Source: a virus (lineage: Duplodnaviria > Caudoviricetes). Taken from it: a DNA stretch of 64,000 bases. Positions 37,755 through 47,190 of the stretch are shown here, in pieces (the first letter of the stretch is position 1; each line of letters starts with the position of its first letter). The position numbers and the translations under genes were made by a program. Location: IMG/VR virus record IMGVR_UViG_3300003320_000853, one strand, 5' to 3'. Below the pieces are notes generated by a model that saw only the letters and a program-made list of their open reading frames with translations, made no database searches and had not been told where the DNA came from.

Positions 37755-38477
37755 GTGGCGATCGACTACTGGCGCCTCGCAAATGACTTCGAGGTAGGAG
37801 GGACCGTCCAGCGGTTCGTTCCCGGCCTCGGGGGTCTTTCTCTGTCCCCGTTCCTTGGTCGTGTGACGGCCGTCCACAAGGGGCTCGGGGTGGTCGACGT
37901 CCAGTGGCCGTACGGCAACGAGCGGATGTTCCCGGATGATGTCGTTCGCGTCGACCCTCGGCTTGGGGTCTATCTCCCGCCGACGCTCGATCAGATGTAC
38001 TCCTCCTACGACACACAGAAGCAGGCCAAGACGGCAAACCGGGGCCAGTGGCGGACCATCGAGGTGCCGCCCGAGTTCCACCGGGAGCTGGCGCGTCTTT
38101 ACGCCAAGAAGGCGTCGGACGTGCTCGCCTACGACGAGTTGTGGAAGCGGTACGCCTCGACGGTCTCCGACGACATCCTCCGGGCCGAAGTGAAGCGGTT
38201 CTACAAGGTGGCCTCGAACCTGGTCGAGCTCCGGGTCCAACAGCACGCAGCGAAGACGGCGGCCTATTGGGTCGCGCAGAACCGGCAGTACCGGGTCACG
38301 GCGGAGGAGCATCAGAGCAAGAAGCCCTTCTGCCCTCGATGCGGCAAGGTGATGCGGAAGACGACCTACAAGATGGACAAGGGGGCGAAGCATCGTCTCT
38401 TCGCCTGTCCCAAGGATCTCTTCCTCATTCAACAGGAGCACCTTCTCGGTCCGGGCGGCGAGCCCGTGGAGTGGTGA
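37755..38477 (+). CDS. Hypothetical protein with C-terminal zinc ribbon
   Basis: CPRC...CPKD. Confidence 0.75.
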   Translation: MAIDYWRLANDFEVGGTVQRFVPGLGGLSLSPFLGRVTAVHKGLGVVDVQWPYGNERMFPDDVVRVDPRLGVYLPPTLDQMYSSYDTQKQAKTANRGQWRTIEVPPEFHRELARLYAKKASDVLAYDELWKRYASTVSDDILRAEVKRFYKVASNLVELRVQQHAAKTAAYWVAQNRQYRVTAEEHQSKKPFCPRCGKVMRKTTYKMDKGAKHRLFACPKDLFLIQQEHLLGPGGEPVEW

Positions 38478-38480
38478 GCC

Positions 38481-38819
38481 ATGGATCTCGTTGCTCGCGT
38501 TGTTGCCCGATATCAGGGAGTCAAGGTTGCGGGGAAGTACCATTCCGTGATGGTCGACCTGGTATCGCGGATCGATGACTTGAGAGATCCTGACAAGATC
38601 AAGCAAGATCGAGAGCGTGTTCTCAAGCTCGGGGAGATGATTTCCGCCGATGAGGAATGGCACGCGTCCCCGGCGGCACAGGGATTGGCAGCGCATGCTG
38701 TCGTTCAGAGGACGGAGGATCTGGCCGAGGCGCTCTATGAGCTGGCGTTCGTAACCCGGCGGGTGCAAGAATCGTACGACGACATGAATGAAACCTTCCT
38801 CCGGCTCGGGTTGAAGTAA
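38481..38819 (+). CDS. Hypothetical protein with N-terminal LxxRVxxRY motif
   Basis: MDLVARVVARY. Confidence 0.7.
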   Translation: MDLVARVVARYQGVKVAGKYHSVMVDLVSRIDDLRDPDKIKQDRERVLKLGEMISADEEWHASPAAQGLAAHAVVQRTEDLAEALYELAFVTRRVQESYDDMNETFLRLGLK

Positions 38820-38821
38820 TC

Positions 38822-40276
38822 ATGGCCTTTCTCCGGTACGCTTACGCGAAGACCATTCAGCCGGATATCAAGGTCGCCGGGTGGGAAGAGATCCGCCGTG
38901 CGGGCAACCCTTTCGTGGAACGGGCGGCTGCCAAGGTCGTCTTCACGGAATTCAGCCCGAACGACTACATGCTCTCGCACTGCACGATCATCGCGTCGGT
39001 CGACGCGGAGCCGGGCAATGCGCCCCTTGGAAAGAGCGTCGTCGACGGCTTCCAGATCAACCGGAAGTACCCCGATTGGCTCGTCACCCAGAAGACGGCC
39101 AAGTACATCAACAACAACAACGACGCCTGGGAGAGGAAGCTCCTCCTCTCGTGCTTCCGCACTTTCATCGGTGGCGAGAACTACGTCGAGCACATTCAGA
39201 TCCCAGAATTCAGCCGTGGGAAGATCATCGACGCGGCGGCTCGGGACATCGGGGACTCGATCTACGTCGACATCCTCGTGGCGACCCATCGGAAGCATCA
39301 GCCCCTCATCGCGTCGATCACGAGCGGAGCCCTACAGACTCTCTCGATGGGCTGCCAGGTCGAATTCACGATCTGCACGAAGTGTGGGAACGTCGCCTAC
39401 GACGAGACGCAGCTCTGCCCCCACGTGCGGTTCGCCAAGGGCACCCCGTGGAAAGATGCGGCCGGCAATGAGCGCATCGTCGCCGAGCTATGCGGCCACA
39501 TCGAGGAGGAGCCCGGGAGCGTCAAGTTCATCGAGGCGTCGTGGGTGGGCAACCCCGCTTTCACGGGAGCGGTTCTTCGCAACATCCTGAACCCCCGGGA
39601 GGCGGCGATCCACGAGGCCAAGCTCAAGAGCGCTCTCGCCGAGATGCCTCGCGTTCCGAATCTCGACCTCTTCCAGAAGGCGGCCTACCAGCTCAAGATC
39701 AGCCAGTACGGGGATCAGGGGGATCAGGGGAGCGATCCCGCGCCGAAGAAGAAGCCGGAGAAGAGTCCCTTCGATTCGGCCGTCGACGATCTCGCGGATC
39801 ATCTCCGAGAGAAGGCGGTCGAGAAGGTTCGGGGGGAGATCCACAAGGACGAGTCCCCGCTTCGAGACGAGAACCAGAACGACACCCTGATCAAGTCCGC
39901 GCTCCGAAATCCCGTCTGGAGGGAGATGGCCCGAGCTGTCATCGCGACCGTGGGTACGGGCAAGCCGGCGCGCAAGACACTTCTGGGGCTCATCCTCCTC
40001 AAGACTGGGGGATGGGAGGCCGTGCGATCCGCGAAACTCCTCACGGGGCGCGAGATCCTCGCTCTTTCCCGCATGATCGACCTCGCCCACAAGCGCACGA
40101 TCATGGCCGGAGAAGGGCGCATTTATCGAACTATTGTCGCGGTTGGCGGGACGTCCCCATACCGCGACGAAGCGCACTACATGGCGGCGTGCCGTCGTGT
40201 CTTGGGTAGGGATCCTACTCAAGACGAGAAGAGGGTCCTCCTCGTCAAGGGGCAGCTCTTCTCGTTCGGTGCATGA
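38822..40276 (+). CDS. Prohead (capsid maturation) protease, HK97/herpes-like fold with Cys insert
   Basis: NNNDAW, YVEH, GKIIDA, LSMGC, CTKC..CPH, FIEASWVGNPAF; upstream of scaffold and MCP. Confidence 0.8.
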   Translation: MAFLRYAYAKTIQPDIKVAGWEEIRRAGNPFVERAAAKVVFTEFSPNDYMLSHCTIIASVDAEPGNAPLGKSVVDGFQINRKYPDWLVTQKTAKYINNNNDAWERKLLLSCFRTFIGGENYVEHIQIPEFSRGKIIDAAARDIGDSIYVDILVATHRKHQPLIASITSGALQTLSMGCQVEFTICTKCGNVAYDETQLCPHVRFAKGTPWKDAAGNERIVAELCGHIEEEPGSVKFIEASWVGNPAFTGAVLRNILNPREAAIHEAKLKSALAEMPRVPNLDLFQKAAYQLKISQYGDQGDQGSDPAPKKKPEKSPFDSAVDDLADHLREKAVEKVRGEIHKDESPLRDENQNDTLIKSALRNPVWREMARAVIATVGTGKPARKTLLGLILLKTGGWEAVRSAKLLTGREILALSRMIDLAHKRTIMAGEGRIYRTIVAVGGTSPYRDEAHYMAACRRVLGRDPTQDEKRVLLVKGQLFSFGA

Positions 40277-40351
40277 TTCTGTTTATATTCCGTCAGCCTA
40301 CGTAAATCGACGTCATCACGTCGATCGGAGGCTGCCCGAGAGGGGTCGAAC

Positions 40352-41722
40352 ATGCGCGCACGCACCACTTGGAACCGCGAGCAGATCAGGCAGGCTTCGG
40401 CGGGCAGGACCGCCGAGGATCCTCGGGCTATGAACCAGGATCACCTTTCGCAGCAACCGCGGGCGGATGCGTATGTGAACGGTGATCCTTCGTCCTGGGC
40501 CGAGGACGTCCGCAAGCCGAACACGTGGGACGTCGAGTACAGCGGCGGCGCCACCAAGCGTGACGAGATCGGCATGCCGGAGAAGCGCCCCGAGACCTAC
40601 AACCACCCGGAGAAGACGGCTGCCATGGAGGAGATGCGACTGTCCAAGAAGGCCGAGTTCACGTGCAAGCTCGCCAAGCTCATGCTCGGTTCGGGCGCCA
40701 CGGAGACCGCGGTCGAGGATCAGGCCGTGTCCCTCATGCACATGCCGGACGAGGCCCTCATCACGACGTACAACACCCTGAGCGAGAAGCTCGCCGATCA
40801 GTCGCAGTTCCCCGGGGGTCAGTACCCGACCGCGGAGCAGCAACAGCAGTCGGCTCAGCAGCAAGTCGCCATGTACCAGCAACAGGCGCAGCAAGCGCTT
40901 CAGTCTGGTGACTTCGAGCAGGCCAAGCAGGCCCTCGAACAGTGCATGGCGGCTCAGCAGGGTCAGCAGGGCCAGGGTCAGCAACAGGTGATGGCCGGGC
41001 AGAAGAGGGCCGATGGGACAGTGGCTCCGGCCCCCGCGACTCCGGCTCCGGCTCCGGCAGCTTCCACTTCGGCGCCCGCGGCTCCGGCCGTGGCGGCCCC
41101 CGCTCCGTCGACGACTCCCGACATCAACGCGATCGTCCAGACGGCGGTCCAGGCGGCCCTCAAGCAGGCCGGGGTGCTTCGGGCCGACGATCAGCAGCAA
41201 CAGCAGGGGCAGCAGCAGCAGGGGCAGGGCCAGGGTCAGCAGCAACAGGCCAGCCAGCAACAGGGGCAGCCGCAGGGTCAGGGCCAGATGCAGCAGCAGA
41301 GCCAGCAACAGGCTCAGATGCAGCAGCAGGCCGACGATGCCCTCCTCGACGAGCTGATGATGGGCCAGGGCCAGGGCGGGATGTCGGAGGCCGACATCGA
41401 GCTGGAGGCTCCCCCGATGGACACCGGCGAGGTCGTGCTCGGTCCGGAGGACGACGTCCTCCAGACGCTCTTCGCCAACGAGGAGACCCAGGCCGCCGAG
41501 CAGGCTCAGCAGGGCCAGGGCGACCAGGGCCAGAAGCAGGCGGGCATGGGTCGCACGGCTTCGACCCGTACCGTGGGCACGCGTCCCACGGGTGGTGTCG
41601 CGAAGGTCGGCGGTGCCTCCGGGGCCGCGGGCCAGCCCACCCGCGGTGGCAGTGACATCGACAAGCTCGCGGCCCTCTGGCCTTCGGCTCCCGATGTCCG
41701 CGGTGCCTTCAATATGACCTAG
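40352..41722 (+). CDS. Probable scaffolding protein (Gln/Ala-rich)
   Basis: Low-complexity poly-Q/PA tracts, located between protease and capsid genes. Confidence 0.6.
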   Translation: MRARTTWNREQIRQASAGRTAEDPRAMNQDHLSQQPRADAYVNGDPSSWAEDVRKPNTWDVEYSGGATKRDEIGMPEKRPETYNHPEKTAAMEEMRLSKKAEFTCKLAKLMLGSGATETAVEDQAVSLMHMPDEALITTYNTLSEKLADQSQFPGGQYPTAEQQQQSAQQQVAMYQQQAQQALQSGDFEQAKQALEQCMAAQQGQQGQGQQQVMAGQKRADGTVAPAPATPAPAPAASTSAPAAPAVAAPAPSTTPDINAIVQTAVQAALKQAGVLRADDQQQQQGQQQQGQGQGQQQQASQQQGQPQGQGQMQQQSQQQAQMQQQADDALLDELMMGQGQGGMSEADIELEAPPMDTGEVVLGPEDDVLQTLFANEETQAAEQAQQGQGDQGQKQAGMGRTASTRTVGTRPTGGVAKVGGASGAAGQPTRGGSDIDKLAALWPSAPDVRGAFNMT

Positions 41723-41807
41723 TCCCTCCGGGACATGCGCCTTTCGAGGCGGGATCGAATCGCATCAAACACCCGAACCAAACCAACGTGCCCAGGAGCA
41801 AACATAG

Positions 41808-42443
41808 ATGACTTCCTACGCCATTGGTGGACAGAGCTCGGGTGACTTCAAGGAGACCTCTGCGCGCGTCCAGCTTCTCAACGTCGTCACCCGGAATTCC
41901 CAGGGTGTCCTGACGCCGGACGCGTTCTCGCAGGCGAATCCCCCCGTCGTCACCGGCCAGAAGTCCTCCACCCTGAACGCCATCGGCGGCAAGCTCGGCG
42001 TCCTCGGGGGCAGCATCGCCTTCACCCGATACGACTTCGGCAACGGCTTCCATGGGGGGCCGCTCAAGGTCGGTGGCAACTACGACGCTCGGGTGAAGCC
42101 TCTCGGCTTCTTCCTGAACGACTCGCTCGGGAACGCCTTCGAGAACACCCCCGGTGTCGCTTCGACGCGCGGTCCGTACGTGTGCGGCGTGGGTTCCACC
42201 GTCGGCCTCTCGATCTACGAGACGAAGAAGCAGGTCGCGACGAATCCCGGTGACGCGATCACCTGGACGGCGGGCGATCCGGTCTACGCCTCGGTCAACG
42301 GCTACGCCACGAACGTCGTCGGTGACGCTTACGAGTTCAACGTCTCGGGGCAGAACGACGTGAAGTTCGTGACCCTCATGGGCATCGTGAAGGTCGCCCC
42401 CGACGCCAATTCGTCGCTCCTCGTGATCGACACCCGGATCTGA
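41808..42443 (+). CDS. Head decoration/cement protein
   Basis: Immediately upstream of MCP; KPLGFF, GDPVYASVNGY, GIVKVAP; SD AGGAG. Confidence 0.65.
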   Translation: MTSYAIGGQSSGDFKETSARVQLLNVVTRNSQGVLTPDAFSQANPPVVTGQKSSTLNAIGGKLGVLGGSIAFTRYDFGNGFHGGPLKVGGNYDARVKPLGFFLNDSLGNAFENTPGVASTRGPYVCGVGSTVGLSIYETKKQVATNPGDAITWTAGDPVYASVNGYATNVVGDAYEFNVSGQNDVKFVTLMGIVKVAPDANSSLLVIDTRI

Positions 42444-42462
42444 GAGAGGAGCAGAGGACACC

Positions 42463-43344
42463 ATGAATCAGCAGGTTTCCAACGAGCTGAAGCAGCAAAT
42501 CATCAGCGAGTACATCAAGACGGCTTCCGGCCGAGCGAAGCTCGCTGCGTCGATGATCCAGCCGCTCCGGCTGCGTCGCGACTACACCGCGGTGGGTCGC
42601 AAGACCTTCCTCGTGGAGCAGCTCCCGGACGGCGCGCTCCCGATCTACGACAAGGATCCGGACGTCACGGCATTCGTCGTCGGCGAGGAGGGCCAGAACA
42701 TCCTCGCGATCCAGAAGCCGCGCCGCGTGATCTTCCCCCTGTTCGAGATCGCCTCGAACCCGGAAATCCCGCTCACTCAGATCAAGGAGCGTCGCTTCGA
42801 TCTCATCGAGCGCGCTCAGGATCTCGCCAAGGCGCAGATCCAGGCTGCGGAGGACGAGCGGGTCTTCACCGTCCTCGACTCGATCGCCGTCTCGGGCTTC
42901 GACACCCTCCCCGGGCAGACGAACCCCGACGTCGCCGTGGTCGCCCCGATCTCGCCGGCCGTCCTCGCGGACGCCTTCGCGGAGATCGAGCGCCACGACC
43001 TCCGGGTCGCGCGCATCTACATGAACGCCGTGGACTATGCGGACATCCGCAAGTTCGGGCGTGACATCCTGGACATCGAGAGCCAGGCGACCCTCCTCAA
43101 GACCGGCCTCCAGGCCGTTCTGTGGGGTGCGCAGATCATCACGAGCCGCCTCGTCCCCGTCGGCTTCGTCTACATCTGCGCCGAGCCCGAGAACTTCGGC
43201 CGCTTCCCGGTCCGCACCGAGCTCACGGTGCTCTCGGCCGACGACCCGAAGGCCCGCACCATCGGCTTCTCGTGCTTCCAAAATGTCGGCATTGGGGCAT
43301 TCAACCCCAAGGCGCTGACGAGGGTCGTGGTTCAGCGCTTCTAG
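42463..43344 (+). CDS. Major capsid protein (HK97 fold)
   Basis: LAASMIQPLR..RDY...RK...VEQLPDG, AQIQAAED, IYMN, LWGAQII, VGIGAFNP; strongest codon bias; followed by a terminator. Confidence 0.88.
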   Translation: MNQQVSNELKQQIISEYIKTASGRAKLAASMIQPLRLRRDYTAVGRKTFLVEQLPDGALPIYDKDPDVTAFVVGEEGQNILAIQKPRRVIFPLFEIASNPEIPLTQIKERRFDLIERAQDLAKAQIQAAEDERVFTVLDSIAVSGFDTLPGQTNPDVAVVAPISPAVLADAFAEIERHDLRVARIYMNAVDYADIRKFGRDILDIESQATLLKTGLQAVLWGAQIITSRLVPVGFVYICAEPENFGRFPVRTELTVLSADDPKARTIGFSCFQNVGIGAFNPKALTRVVVQRF

Positions 43345-43380
43345 CCTGAATCCGGCCTGAAATCAGGCCCAAAGGCGATG

Positions 43381-43420
43381 GAGGCCCTGCTCGGGAAACC
43401 GGGTGGGGCCTCTCGTTTTT
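43381..43420 (+). terminator. Rho-independent terminator after MCP
   Basis: GAGGCCCTGCTCGG-GAAA-CCGGGTGGGGCCTC followed by TCGTTTTT. Confidence 0.85.
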
Positions 43421-43504
43421 AGTGCTTGTAAAGAAGATGGGCCGTCCCGCCATGGCGAGACGGTGTAGATGACGGTAGCTGATAGTCTTTGCATCGGAGA
43501 ATGT

Positions 43505-43699
43505 ATGGGTGAGATCACGATCGGATCGAAGGTCAGATTGAAGAGTGGGATCGGGCCAACGATGATCGCAGACGGAGAGTCTGCTGGGGGCCCGGGCGAA
43601 GCCATCTCCTTGATGGCTTGCTACTGGTTCACGTCGGACATGACGTACCAGAGGGCGGACTTCCGGCTCGACCATCTGGAGAAAGATCCCAACCCCTGA
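43505..43699 (+). CDS. YodC/DUF2158-like small protein
   Basis: IGSKVRLKSG.GPTM...CYWF. Confidence 0.7.
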   Translation: MGEITIGSKVRLKSGIGPTMIADGESAGGPGEAISLMACYWFTSDMTYQRADFRLDHLEKDPNP

Positions 43700-43717
43700 C
43701 CAGGGGTTCTGAACGGC

Positions 43718-43757
43718 AAGGGGCCGTCTCCGAGAGGGGTCGGCCCCTTCGCTTTTT
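43718..43757 (+). terminator. Rho-independent terminator
   Basis: AAGGGGCCG...CGGCCCCTT stem followed by CGCTTTTT. Confidence 0.8.
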
Positions 43758-43802
43758 GTCTGTTTGACCCCCACATGTGTGGATGAGCCGGTAGACTTCC
43801 TC

Positions 43803-44699
43803 ATGAAGTGGGCACGCTTCCCTTCGCTTCCGAGAATGTTTCACGTGCCCGAGAGCGTGAGGGATACCAAGCCGCTCACTCCTCCTGGCACCGACCTATC
43901 CATCTGGCAATGGGATGATGAGCGGGGGCGTCCGACCGCCATCGTCTTCCAGGGGGATTCAAACAAGCCTTTGTGGAAGTACACCTTCGGAAACGAGGCC
44001 CAGCGTCATCATGAGATCGTCGAGGCCGCTCGGATCCGCAAAGAGCAGCTCAAGGAGGAAACGATGACCCTCAACGATCGGGTCTTGGCGCGGTTCAAGC
44101 AGTCTCTCGACCTTGGGAAGACGTTCTTCACCGAGAGCCTCAAGTTCCACCACTGGCGCGGGCACCTCACCATCACGGACATCACGAACGCCGGGAAGCG
44201 GGGGAAGAAGGTTCGCGAGCTGGTGGTGACGCCGAACACACGGGGTGGGGACGCCCGAGCCGAGGAGGTGATCAAGCACCTCGTTCCGACGCTCACGCAC
44301 ATGAACTACGACCAGGCGAAGGGCAAGATGGAAGACCTTCAGGAGGAACTCGACGACAACGGCAAGCCCGTCGTCGAGCTCTTCGAGAGGATCCTCCGTG
44401 GGGTCGACGTCGAGCCTCCCGGCACGAAGATCGAGCTGACCAACAAGTTCGAGAATGGGACCATCCTGCGCATCGAGTCGAGCCCCCACGACTTCCATCT
44501 CACGAACAGCGCTCTGTTCGGCGCCGCTGGGGAGAAGCCGTCCTTCCGTCAGGACACCGGCTACTGGCCTCGGTCGAAGAAGGACGGCATCCTGTTCTAT
44601 GCCTGGCTCAAGGAAAACATGGCCAAGGCGTCCAAAATGACGATCCAGGACTTCCAGAAGGTCTGGGATCAGCTCGGCGTCACGTACAACCAGCACTGA
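43803..44699 (+). CDS. Hypothetical protein; strong internal start at 44064 (MTLNDRVLARF)
   Basis: AAGGAGG SD before 44064. Confidence 0.7.
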   Translation: MKWARFPSLPRMFHVPESVRDTKPLTPPGTDLSIWQWDDERGRPTAIVFQGDSNKPLWKYTFGNEAQRHHEIVEAARIRKEQLKEETMTLNDRVLARFKQSLDLGKTFFTESLKFHHWRGHLTITDITNAGKRGKKVRELVVTPNTRGGDARAEEVIKHLVPTLTHMNYDQAKGKMEDLQEELDDNGKPVVELFERILRGVDVEPPGTKIELTNKFENGTILRIESSPHDFHLTNSALFGAAGEKPSFRQDTGYWPRSKKDGILFYAWLKENMAKASKMTIQDFQKVWDQLGVTYNQH

Positions 44700-44719
44700 C
44701 GTCGGTGTAGACTTCGGGC

Positions 44720-45055
44720 ATGCCCCTGACCGAAGAAGCTCAAGCGCTGATCGAGCGATCCCTCCAAACCCGAGAGGGTCAGGTTGCACTCATGGTTGCC
44801 ATGGGGGACGCGATCCAACGGTTTGTGGACTGGGGGAACGTAATGCCCGGGACGCGGCGGGATCTAGAAATCACCCGCGCCCGCCTTGAGGCCCGTCGTG
44901 TCGATGTGATGGGCTTCGGGGTGTGGCGCCACGGGCGCACCCTCGGCCAGCTTTTCGAGGCCATGAGACTTTTGAAGGCGCCGCCGATCGGACCCTGCTT
45001 CATCGAGCCCGCGCCGACCGCCTGGGAACATCTCCTGGCAGATGACCCGGTTTGA
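44720..45055 (+). CDS. Small protein resembling the MCP N-terminus, with PTAWEHLLADDPV tail
   Basis: Preceded by CGGTGTAG; by-eye alignment to MCP residues 7-41. Confidence 0.65.
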   Translation: MPLTEEAQALIERSLQTREGQVALMVAMGDAIQRFVDWGNVMPGTRRDLEITRARLEARRVDVMGFGVWRHGRTLGQLFEAMRLLKAPPIGPCFIEPAPTAWEHLLADDPV

Positions 45056-45457
45056 CTATCGGAACATCCCGGGCGGCGTCCGGATCCCGGCCTTCCGCAG
45101 GATCTCTTCGCACCATGTGAGCGCCTCGGAGCGCTGGTCGAACGCCTTCACGTTCGTCGGCATCGGCGCCACCATGAGGAGCGTGGAGAGCACGAAGCGT
45201 ACGACGGCGCCGTCGACTACGACGGCGTTTCCGAGCCACGTGTTCCGCAACTCCGGCATCATCTTGATCCCATCAGAAAAGGGGGCGACGATTGCCCGAG
45301 GGGATGCCTTCAGCCGCGACGCATCCGTGAGCACCACGAAGACTCCCGACCGAGATGCCTGCCTGAACCCCTCGAAGAGAGGAGGGAGGTCGACGGGGCC
45401 GATCTCCTCGGGGAGATCCAGGGTCATAAGTGGGTGAGTGAGGGTGATTGTAATCAT
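45056..45457 (-). CDS. STAS/SEC14-like small protein of the type abundant in myxobacteria
   Basis: VVLTDAS...AVVVDGAVVRFVLS.L....P......F....EAL.W pattern; ATGA-coupled to the terpene synthase. Confidence 0.7.
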   Translation of the reverse strand: MITITLTHPLMTLDLPEEIGPVDLPPLFEGFRQASRSGVFVVLTDASRLKASPRAIVAPFSDGIKMMPELRNTWLGNAVVVDGAVVRFVLSTLLMVAPMPTNVKAFDQRSEALTWCEEILRKAGIRTPPGMFR

Positions 45458-46494
45458 GTCCTGTCCGTGAACCTAGGTTCGATGACGCGGTTGTTCACGA
45501 CCACCTTGTAGGCCGTGTATCGCGGGGATTGCGCCTCCCAGAGGGAGAACCCAAGGGACGCGTAACGGACATCCTGCAACCACCGGGCGATGAAAGGATC
45601 GTCGCGCTCCGACCAGGATCCCAAGGATCCGGCGAGGCGATCGAATTCCAGGAGCGTGGTGTTGTGGGTGAGGATAAGGTACTCGAAGGCATCCTCCACG
45701 CTCATCGCACGTTCGTGCATGAGCGTGGAGGTCAGGTTGAGGTGGCCCTCGGTGAAGTCCTTGCCAAAGCTCAGAAGATCGTTGCCGATCCCGACGATCT
45801 TGTTGGACAGAGTCTTGAGCCGCATGACCGTAGGGTGGAGGTGGAAGGAACGCGGAAGCTCGAAGTCATACACGTCTTCGAGCAAGTAGACGGTTGCGTA
45901 CATCCCGATGGTCGCGATCCTGAGATCCATCTGCCGCGTGAAGCTCGGGAACACCTTGTTCTCCTGAGCATTCCTCACCGCGAGGGCTTCCTGACGTGCG
46001 GCCGTGCTCCACGTCTCCATGCACTGGCAGACGGCCCGAAGCCACAGCTCGCTCCTCCCCCCAGAGAACTCCTTGAGGAGCTGCCACCAACCGAGATCGA
46101 AACGAGACATGTCCTTCGGAGGCTCGGCCTTGAGGATATCGCTGGGGTCGATCCTCCAACGATTGTCCCGGCTTTCTACCTCAACGTCGTCCCACAGGAG
46201 CCACAGGGTGAGATGTTTTGCGACCCGGATGGTCTTGTCGAGAGGCAGTGTGGGGAACGGAAAGCCTACATAGCCCTCGATGTCGAACCGACGGGCACGG
46301 GTCAGTTCCTCGGGTGTACACCCGAGGGTCTCCAACCACTGGAGCACGTGACGCCTCGCCTGGATGGCGAGGGGATTCTTCGGGATCGGCGATCTCCAGT
46401 GCGGTGGCACACGGAACACGAACTTCTCGCCCGTATTTGTAGGGTAGCCCCTAGCGGCGTCCGCGGAGACGACAAGGAAATCGCTTTCGGTCAT
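45454..46494 (-). CDS. Class I (bacterial-type) terpene synthase/cyclase
   Basis: Asp-rich WDDVEVE, pyrophosphate-sensor R in LRIATIG, NSE-like NDLLSFGKD, HLN, WEAQSPRY; SD GGAGG. Confidence 0.88.
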   Translation of the reverse strand: MTESDFLVVSADAARGYPTNTGEKFVFRVPPHWRSPIPKNPLAIQARRHVLQWLETLGCTPEELTRARRFDIEGYVGFPFPTLPLDKTIRVAKHLTLWLLWDDVEVESRDNRWRIDPSDILKAEPPKDMSRFDLGWWQLLKEFSGGRSELWLRAVCQCMETWSTAARQEALAVRNAQENKVFPSFTRQMDLRIATIGMYATVYLLEDVYDFELPRSFHLHPTVMRLKTLSNKIVGIGNDLLSFGKDFTEGHLNLTSTLMHERAMSVEDAFEYLILTHNTTLLEFDRLAGSLGSWSERDDPFIARWLQDVRYASLGFSLWEAQSPRYTAYKVVVNNRVIEPRFTDRT

Positions 46495-46524
46495 GACCCC
46501 TCCATCCTGGTGTAGGAACACCAG

Positions 46525-47190
46525 ATGCACGCCTCATGGAAGAGGGTCCTCCAAGATGAATTTCGATCCCCATCCTTCCAGGATCTCATCAAGTTCGTCG
46601 AGAGAGAGCGTTCCACCTACACGGTTTTTCCTCCTGTGGGTGAGGTCTTCACCGCGTTCGACCTAACGCCATTCGAGGATGTCAAGGTCGTCATCCTCGG
46701 TCAGGACCCCTATCATGGGGTCGGGCAGGCGCATGGTCTGAGCTTCTCCGTCAAGCCCGGCGTCTTGCTACCGCCCTCCCTCGTCAACATCTTCACGGAG
46801 GCCCGGTCTGATGGGGTTCTGACCGGCACGCCTGGGGGATGCCTCAAGCCGTGGGCTGAGCAGGGGGTCTTCCTCCTGAACTCGGTGCTCACGGTTCGAT
46901 CAGGGGTGGCGGGATCCCATCAGTACCGTGGGTGGGAGGCGTTCACGAACGCCGTCATCCGGAAGCTCTCCGAGCGGGAGAAGCCGATGGTCTTCATCCT
47001 GTGGGGGAGCTATGCGAGGGACAAGAAGCCTCTCATCGATCTCGACCGGCACACGGTCATCGAGTCGGCTCACCCGTCCCCTATGTCGGCCGACCGGGGA
47101 TTCTTCGAGAGCAGGCCATTCTCCAGGGCCAATGCAGCCTTGGTCGCCGCGGGACAGACGCCGATCGACTGGCAGCTCCCTCTGGTCTAA
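46525..47190 (+). CDS. ung: Uracil-DNA glycosylase family 1
   Basis: VVILGQDPYHG, AHGLSFS, PPSL.NI, LLNSVLTV, HPSP. Confidence 0.97.
   Translation: MHASWKRVLQDEFRSPSFQDLIKFVERERSTYTVFPPVGEVFTAFDLTPFEDVKVVILGQDPYHGVGQAHGLSFSVKPGVLLPPSLVNIFTEARSDGVLTGTPGGCLKPWAEQGVFLLNSVLTVRSGVAGSHQYRGWEAFTNAVIRKLSEREKPMVFILWGSYARDKKPLIDLDRHTVIESAHPSPMSADRGFFESRPFSRANAALVAAGQTPIDWQLPLV

Noticed and set aside
27272-40276. Inteins or introns in terminase, portal or protease
   Set aside because: No intein splice motifs, LAGLIDADG motifs or frame interruptions seen
40830-41540. CAG-rich tracts as a non-coding microsatellite
   Set aside because: Explained by poly-Gln coding in the scaffold-like protein
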